NCBI GenBank assembly: GCA_044343545.1
Contig: JAWBZR010000001.1
Coordinates: forward strand, 23,992 to 87,991
DNA: 64,000 nt
Origin: Candidatus Aenigmatarchaeota archaeon
GTDB lineage: Archaea > Aenigmatarchaeota > Aenigmatarchaeia > CG10238-14
Direction: 5' to 3'
The position numbers and the translations under genes are program-made. The number at the start of each line of letters is the position of its first letter. The first letter of the stretch is position 1. The notes under the pieces are model-generated. The model worked only from the letters and a program-made list of their open reading frames with translations, made no database searches and had not been told where the DNA came from. Below, in pieces: positions 58,945 to 64,000 of the stretch.

Positions 58945-59790
58945 ATGCGAATGGTAAAAAAGGAAAAATTGGATGCCTTGAACGAAATCAAAGAAAACAT
59001 AAAAAAGTACAGCGTGATAGGAATTGTAGATCTCTATAAAATGCCTTCTGAGCAATTACAAGCTATAAGAAAAGAATTGAGGGGTCAAGTTGTTATAAAA
59101 ATGTATAAAAAGAAAGTCGTCGAGAAGGCTTTCGAGCAAAGTAATGTGAAAAATCTTTTAAAGTTGTATGAATATAATGCGCTTCAACCTGCCTTGGTTT
59201 TTACGAACATAAATCCATTTAAGCTCTATAAAATTTTTGAAAAGAACAAAACGCCTACTTATGCTAAAGAAGGTGATATAGCACCAAATGATATAGTAAT
59301 CAAGGAAGGGCCTACCAAGCTTCCCGCTGGCCCTGCCATAGGAGAATTGCAAAGAGCAAAAATACCTGCCATGGTAAAAGAAGGTAAAATTCATATTTCT
59401 AAGGAAACTATAGTAGCTAAAAAAGGCTCTGTGATAACTCCTGAAATAGCCAACATCTTAAAAAAGTTGGAAATCCAACCCATGGAGATAGGAATAAATT
59501 TGTTGGCGGCGTGGGAAAATGAAATAGTTTACGATAGCTCTTTATTGGCTGTAAGCGAGGAAGAATACAAGAGCAAATTAAAAGAAGCTCATCAAAATGC
59601 CTTGAATCTATCTATCGGTATAAGCTATCCTACCAGAGAAAACATCGAAATATTGCTGCGTAAAGCATTTATAAATGCAAAATCATTAGGTTTTGAAGCA
59701 AATATATTTGATAAAGGTGTAATAGAAGATTTGATGATAAAAGCAGAAAGAACGGGAAGATTATTAAAATCTAAAATAAATCTCAGTTAA
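58945..59790 (+). CDS. rpl10: 50S ribosomal protein L10 (P0)
   Basis: [34 protein letters not shown]. Confidence 0.94.
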   Translation: MRMVKKEKLDALNEIKENIKKYSVIGIVDLYKMPSEQLQAIRKELRGQVVIKMYKKKVVEKAFEQSNVKNLLKLYEYNALQPALVFTNINPFKLYKIFEKNKTPTYAKEGDIAPNDIVIKEGPTKLPAGPAIGELQRAKIPAMVKEGKIHISKETIVAKKGSVITPEIANILKKLEIQPMEIGINLLAAWENEIVYDSSLLAVSEEEYKSKLKEAHQNALNLSIGISYPTRENIEILLRKAFINAKSLGFEANIFDKGVIEDLMIKAERTGRLLKSKINLS

Positions 59791-59804
59791 GGAGGTGTGC
59801 CATA

Positions 59805-60104
59805 GTGGAATATATATATACAGCTTTGTTGCTTCACTCGGCTGGAAAGGAGATAAATGAAAATAATGTAAAGAAAGTTATAGAAAGTGCGGGTATAAAA
59901 GCTGATGAAGCCAAAATAAAGGCACTAGTGTCTGCTTTAGAAGGAGTAAATATAGATGAAGTCATAAAACAAGCGTCTATGCCAGTTGTAGCTGCTGCCC
60001 CAACGCAACCAACAGAATCGAAACCACAAGAGAAAAAGGAAACACAGGAAGCAAAAAAGGAAGCCGAGGAAGCCGTAGTCGGTTTGGCAAGCTTGTTTGG
60101 TTAG
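59805..60104 (+). CDS. rpl12: 50S ribosomal protein L12 (P1/P2)
   Basis: [18 protein letters not shown]. Confidence 0.95.
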   Translation: MEYIYTALLLHSAGKEINENNVKKVIESAGIKADEAKIKALVSALEGVNIDEVIKQASMPVVAAAPTQPTESKPQEKKETQEAKKEAEEAVVGLASLFG

Positions 60105-60132
60105 CTTTTGCTTTTTAATATTTTCAAAAATT

Positions 60133-60684
60133 TTACTTAGTTTTTAAAAGGAGATTCCTACTTAAAATCAAACTTGATGCAAAATGGAAAGCTCCTGAAA
60201 ATATAAACAATGCCTTAACGCCAAAGTAGCTGAATAAAATTGTAGCTAAAAGGGCTGCCATGCCATAAGTAATGTAAGAAATGCTATCTAGCAAGCCATA
60301 TTCGAACCCTCTCTTTTTCTTTCTTGTAAAATCAGCAGTTATTGACTTGTAAGCCGGATTAAAGCATGCGGTGGCGATGCCGTTGAGAAATTCCAAGATA
60401 AGTATTTGATAAGCAAGGGTTATGATGTTGTAAAATATAGATATGATGAAAGATAGCGTTCCGCCGATTATTATTAACAAATTTCTATTGTTTTTATCTG
60501 AAATCTTTCCAAATATGGGACTGAAAACACCAACGGTGAAGCAAAACACAGCATAAGAATAACCTATGATTGAAGGATTGTTTGAAATTTTCTCAACATA
60601 TATAGCATAGTAAGGACCTAGTATGCCCAGACTGATGGCTATTAAAAATTCTACCAATAACAATATCTTTATCTCTCTTCTCAT
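60133..60684 (-). CDS. Half-size MFS transporter (6 TM)
   Basis: Motif A GKISDKNNR, RGFEYG; 183 aa with a clean stop. Confidence 0.75.
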   Translation of the reverse strand: MRREIKILLLVEFLIAISLGILGPYYAIYVEKISNNPSIIGYSYAVFCFTVGVFSPIFGKISDKNNRNLLIIIGGTLSFIISIFYNIITLAYQILILEFLNGIATACFNPAYKSITADFTRKKKRGFEYGLLDSISYITYGMAALLATILFSYFGVKALFIFSGAFHFASSLILSRNLLLKTK

Positions 60685-60842
60685 TCAGGATCCCTCTTAA
60701 TGTCCGTCTGGGCTTAACCATTTTTAGCCTAACCTTATTATATTTAGCAACTTAAGCTATTTATGTATTTACTTTTGGATTTAATAATTATTTTTTTGGT
60801 TTAAAAATCAAAAAAAATGTTTTTTTAGAGCTAAAAAGGTTT

Positions 60843-61250
60843 TTAATATCCAAAAATTCTTGAATCTGACTTTTCTATGTTTTTTATCCACAAAATAACA
60901 AAAACTAGAAGAGTAAAGAAAATGGATAAAATATATAAACCTGCTCCCACAGCTATTCCAATGCATGCAACCGAAAATATAGTAGCTGCAGTAGTTATTC
61001 CTTTTATATTTTCTGAGGTAGCTATAATAGTTCCGGCACCTATGAAACCTATGCCTGTAAGCACATTAGCTGCTAATCTCAATGGGTCTGTGTGTTGATG
61101 AATACCAACAAGCGTTGCCAAACAAGAAGATAAGCAGACGATCATGTGAGTCCTTAATCCTGCTGGTCTGTGAGCTTTTTCCCTCTCAAAACCTATTATT
61201 CCACCCAATATCGCTGATAAAATGAGTTTTAGAATGGCGTCATCCATCAT
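60843..61250 (-). CDS. MgtC/SapB family protein
   Basis: GFERE...PAGLRTH, GIGFIGAG, GITTAA. Confidence 0.92.
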   Translation of the reverse strand: MMDDAILKLILSAILGGIIGFEREKAHRPAGLRTHMIVCLSSCLATLVGIHQHTDPLRLAANVLTGIGFIGAGTIIATSENIKGITTAATIFSVACIGIAVGAGLYILSIFFTLLVFVILWIKNIEKSDSRIFGY

Positions 61251-61335
61251 AAAATAATTTGATGCTTCTCGATTAAATTGTTTTTCGTTGACGTAATTTC
61301 TATGAAAATTTATAAATTTGAGTTATAGAATATAA

Positions 61336-61635
61336 TTGTCTTGTAGGGTGACAAAATTGGAAGTAAAAGTTTTGAGGCAAGATAAGAACTCTTTATTAAT
61401 AGAGTTAAAGGGGGATACGATAGGGTTTGCAAATCTATTAAGCGAAGAATTATGGGAACATAAAGAAGTTGAAGAAGCAGCGGCAATAAAAGAGCATCCT
61501 TACATGTCTGAACCGAAAGTTTACGTTAAAACACGAGGCGCAAATCCTAAAAATGTCTTATTGGATGCTGCGAGATCTCTTCAAACAAAATTAAAAGAAC
61601 TTGAAAAGGAATTTCTAGTGCATGTCAAGAAATAA
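61336..61635 (+). CDS. rpoL: DNA-directed RNA polymerase subunit L (Rpo11)
   Basis: GDTIGFANLL, V..AA...EHP...P. Confidence 0.8.
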   Translation: MSCRVTKLEVKVLRQDKNSLLIELKGDTIGFANLLSEELWEHKEVEEAAAIKEHPYMSEPKVYVKTRGANPKNVLLDAARSLQTKLKELEKEFLVHVKK

Positions 61636-61669
61636 ATTATTTAGTTATTGAAATTCATAATAATAATTC

Positions 61670-62299
61670 ATGTATGAGCCTTATGAGGATACTAAAAGTT
61701 CTCCTCTAAAAAGGTTTTTTTCGAAACTAAAAGATAAATGGGAAGCTTTTAAGCAAGAATTGCACTTCGACGAAAATATGAAGCACAAGTGGATATTTGT
61801 CTTCATCCCTTTAATAATTTTAGCGTTACTCACGGTCAGCTATACTGGTTACGTGACTTATACTGGAAAGATAACGGAAGCTCAATCAAAAATTTTAGTG
61901 TTAGAAAAGCAAATGACGACACTGGAAAATGACTTGGAAAAGACGAGAAGAGAGTTAGAAGGATGTTCTTCCGAGCTTAGTAGGACAAAAAGCGATCTTG
62001 AAAATGCAAAAAAAGAGATAGATAGATCTCAAAAAAATGTCGACAGTTGCGTGCTAGCAAAGCAAGATTTAGAAACCCAAATAAAATTGCTTCAAGACAA
62101 GTATGATGAGTTAAATAAAAAATTCAATACCTTGGAAGCTAACTACAAATCACTTGAATGCAATTGGGCACAAAGCAAAAATTGTCTCTATTATGTATTG
62201 AAAAATAACAATATAGAATGTGTCATTAAAATTGGCGAAAAGTACTATACATTTCCTGTCGGTATAGAAGTGCCACCAAGTCAAGTAAAGACATGTTAA
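61670..62299 (+). CDS. Single-TM coiled-coil surface protein
   Basis: TM at aa ~41-60, ~100-aa heptad region with spaced Cys, Cys-containing C-terminal domain. Confidence 0.75.
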   Translation: MYEPYEDTKSSPLKRFFSKLKDKWEAFKQELHFDENMKHKWIFVFIPLIILALLTVSYTGYVTYTGKITEAQSKILVLEKQMTTLENDLEKTRRELEGCSSELSRTKSDLENAKKEIDRSQKNVDSCVLAKQDLETQIKLLQDKYDELNKKFNTLEANYKSLECNWAQSKNCLYYVLKNNNIECVIKIGEKYYTFPVGIEVPPSQVKTC

Positions 62300-63636
62300 G
62301 CTTTTGTCAAAGCGTGAAAAGCTTTCACAGCCCTTTCGGGTGTAGGATAAACTGGTATGCCTGCCTTTATTAATTTTTGATTTCGTGCTTGTGTGAAATT
62401 GCTTCCAACAGAACACACCAATAGGGGTTTTTTGAATTTTCTCGCTTCAATTATATAATCAACAACTTTTTCTTCCAAAGTAGGTACTTGAAAGAGAGTT
62501 ATAACTATTGCACCGTCATATTCTTTACTAGAAAGACATTCATTCAAAGCTATGGAATATCTCTCGGCATTGGCATCCCCAGTTAAATCTATAGGATTAT
62601 GAAGACTCACATAGTTTGGCATTCTTTTGGAAAGCTTTTCTTTCAATTTTTGTGATGGTTCTGGCAATAACAAGCCTAACTCTTCTGCTTTATCGGCAGC
62701 TAACACTCCAAAACCTCCGCCATCCGTTATTATAACAACCCTCTTGCCCCTTGGTTTTGGTTGAGTTGAAAATGCAACAGAATAGTCTAGTAACTCTTCC
62801 CAATCATCTGCCTCTATAATTCCAAACTGCTTGAAAGCAGCCGAATATATTTTTCTTTCTCCAGCCAAAGAGCCCGTATGGGATGACACGGCCTTCGCGC
62901 CTTTTTCGCCTTTTCCACTCTTTAGCACGATTATGGGTTTTTTTGCCTTTTTCGCCTTTTCTAAAAATTTTCTTCCATCTGACTTTAATCCTTCTATGTA
63001 TGCGATAATCACTTTTGTTGTTTTATCCTTTCCTAAATATTCCAAAAGTTCTGCCTCGCTTACATCCATTCCATTTCCATAAGATATGAATTTGCTTATG
63101 CCTATGCCGCTACTGTAGAAAATATCTAATATAGTTGAACCGACAGCACCAGACTGCGAAATAAAAGAAATGTTGCCTTTACCTGGCCTCCCGCATCTAT
63201 CTTTTGAAAGAAATAAAGTGTCGACTCTCGAATAAGCATCATATATGCCGATGCAATTTGGCCCTATAACTCTTGTTCCGCTCTTGGCTATTATTTGCTT
63301 CAATTGCTCTTCAATTTTTTTTCCTTCATCTCCAATTTCAGAAAACCCTGAAGAAATTATTATTACGGAGGGTGTTTTTTTCTTCACACATTCTGTCAAA
63401 ACTTGAGGAACGATCTTTGCAGGAACCACAATGATGGCTAAATCTATTTTTTCTTTAACGTCTAGAATCGATTTGTAGCATTTTACGCCAAGTATTTCCT
63501 CGGCATTTGGATTTATAGGATATAATTTTCTGAACCCATTTTCAAAAAAATTTCGAAAAATTATATGACCAAGCTTGTTTTCTTCTCTAGAAGCTCCTAT
63601 TACTGCAACTGATTTTGGATTAAAAAACGAGTGCAT
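62296..63636 (-). CDS. acdA: Acetate--CoA ligase (ADP-forming) alpha subunit
   Basis: PKSVAVIGAS, IGPNC, SQSGA, SHTGSLAG, NPIDLTGD. Confidence 0.92.
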   Translation of the reverse strand: MHSFFNPKSVAVIGASREENKLGHIIFRNFFENGFRKLYPINPNAEEILGVKCYKSILDVKEKIDLAIIVVPAKIVPQVLTECVKKKTPSVIIISSGFSEIGDEGKKIEEQLKQIIAKSGTRVIGPNCIGIYDAYSRVDTLFLSKDRCGRPGKGNISFISQSGAVGSTILDIFYSSGIGISKFISYGNGMDVSEAELLEYLGKDKTTKVIIAYIEGLKSDGRKFLEKAKKAKKPIIVLKSGKGEKGAKAVSSHTGSLAGERKIYSAAFKQFGIIEADDWEELLDYSVAFSTQPKPRGKRVVIITDGGGFGVLAADKAEELGLLLPEPSQKLKEKLSKRMPNYVSLHNPIDLTGDANAERYSIALNECLSSKEYDGAIVITLFQVPTLEEKVVDYIIEARKFKKPLLVCSVGSNFTQARNQKLIKAGIPVYPTPERAVKAFHALTKA

Positions 63637-63780
63637 ATAATTATTTTGTTTGACTTAAAATATAATATCTTCTGTCTCGTTGTCAATCTTTTGATTATAT
63701 GAATCAAACCTTATAAAAATTAAACATTTTGCTATGATTCTTCAAGACGAAAATTTCAAACCGAAAAATTAGAGTTTGAG

Positions 63781-64000
63781 CTAATTTTTTTGGCATTCGC
63801 CCTTGTAAGCAACTTGAACGCCTGCTGCCGCAGCAAAACATGAATTTGAATAGGTTTTTCCGTCTACACCACAAACAGGGTCATATTGCAAAGTACATAC
63901 TATCTCATTTTTGCAAACACCTTTGTATGCGACTTTTGTGCCACAAGCCACCGCGTCTGCCTCGCCGCATGCATAAGTCTTTCCGTCCTCACCGCAAACA
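63781..64000 (-). CDS. Kazal-domain protein (tandem domains; 5'-truncated by window edge)
   Basis: VCGEDGKTYACG...YKGVC, then CTLQYDPVCGVDGKTYSNSC...YKGECQKN*. Confidence 0.9.
   Translation of the reverse strand, partial: VCGEDGKTYACGEADAVACGTKVAYKGVCKNEIVCTLQYDPVCGVDGKTYSNSCFAAAAGVQVAYKGECQKN

Overview
AT-rich, gene-dense archaeal chromosome segment. It is most likely a DPANN archaeon (Aenigmarchaeota-like); this is inferred from a single-chain PriS-PriL primase, a split Hef, scattered ribosomal protein clusters and DPANN-type hypothetical genes. Housekeeping content: ribosomal proteins S17e, L44e, S27e, S15, S3Ae, S13, S4, S11, L24e, S28e, L7Ae, L1, L10 and L12; GlyRS, GluRS, EndA, pelota, Bud32, PolB, GINS, RpoL, tRNA-Phe(GAA), tRNA-Ala(GGC) and SRP RNA. 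Fermentative metabolism: Pgk, Gdh, ADP-forming acetyl-CoA synthetase alpha subunit and a minimal group-3b-like [NiFe] hydrogenase. Accessory regions: a surface-glycosylation locus with several GT-C-type proteins (6.8-17.2 kb) and a copper-resistance locus (23.6-27.6 kb). No CRISPR array, transposase, integrase or rRNA was seen, and no single unmistakable novel system stands out. Best leads: an SRP RNA with Bacillus-type architecture (no helix 6), a two-in-one surface polyprotein with an internal PEF sorting signal followed by a second signal peptide, an uncharacterised five-gene divergent cluster (4.7-6.5 kb), a membrane-anchored wHTH copper regulator with a perfect 14-bp palindrome, a box C/D-like sRNA, a circularly permuted CBM insert, an EndA with an apparently substituted catalytic Lys, and a structured L1 leader. 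All family assignments come from motif recognition by eye, without database searches.
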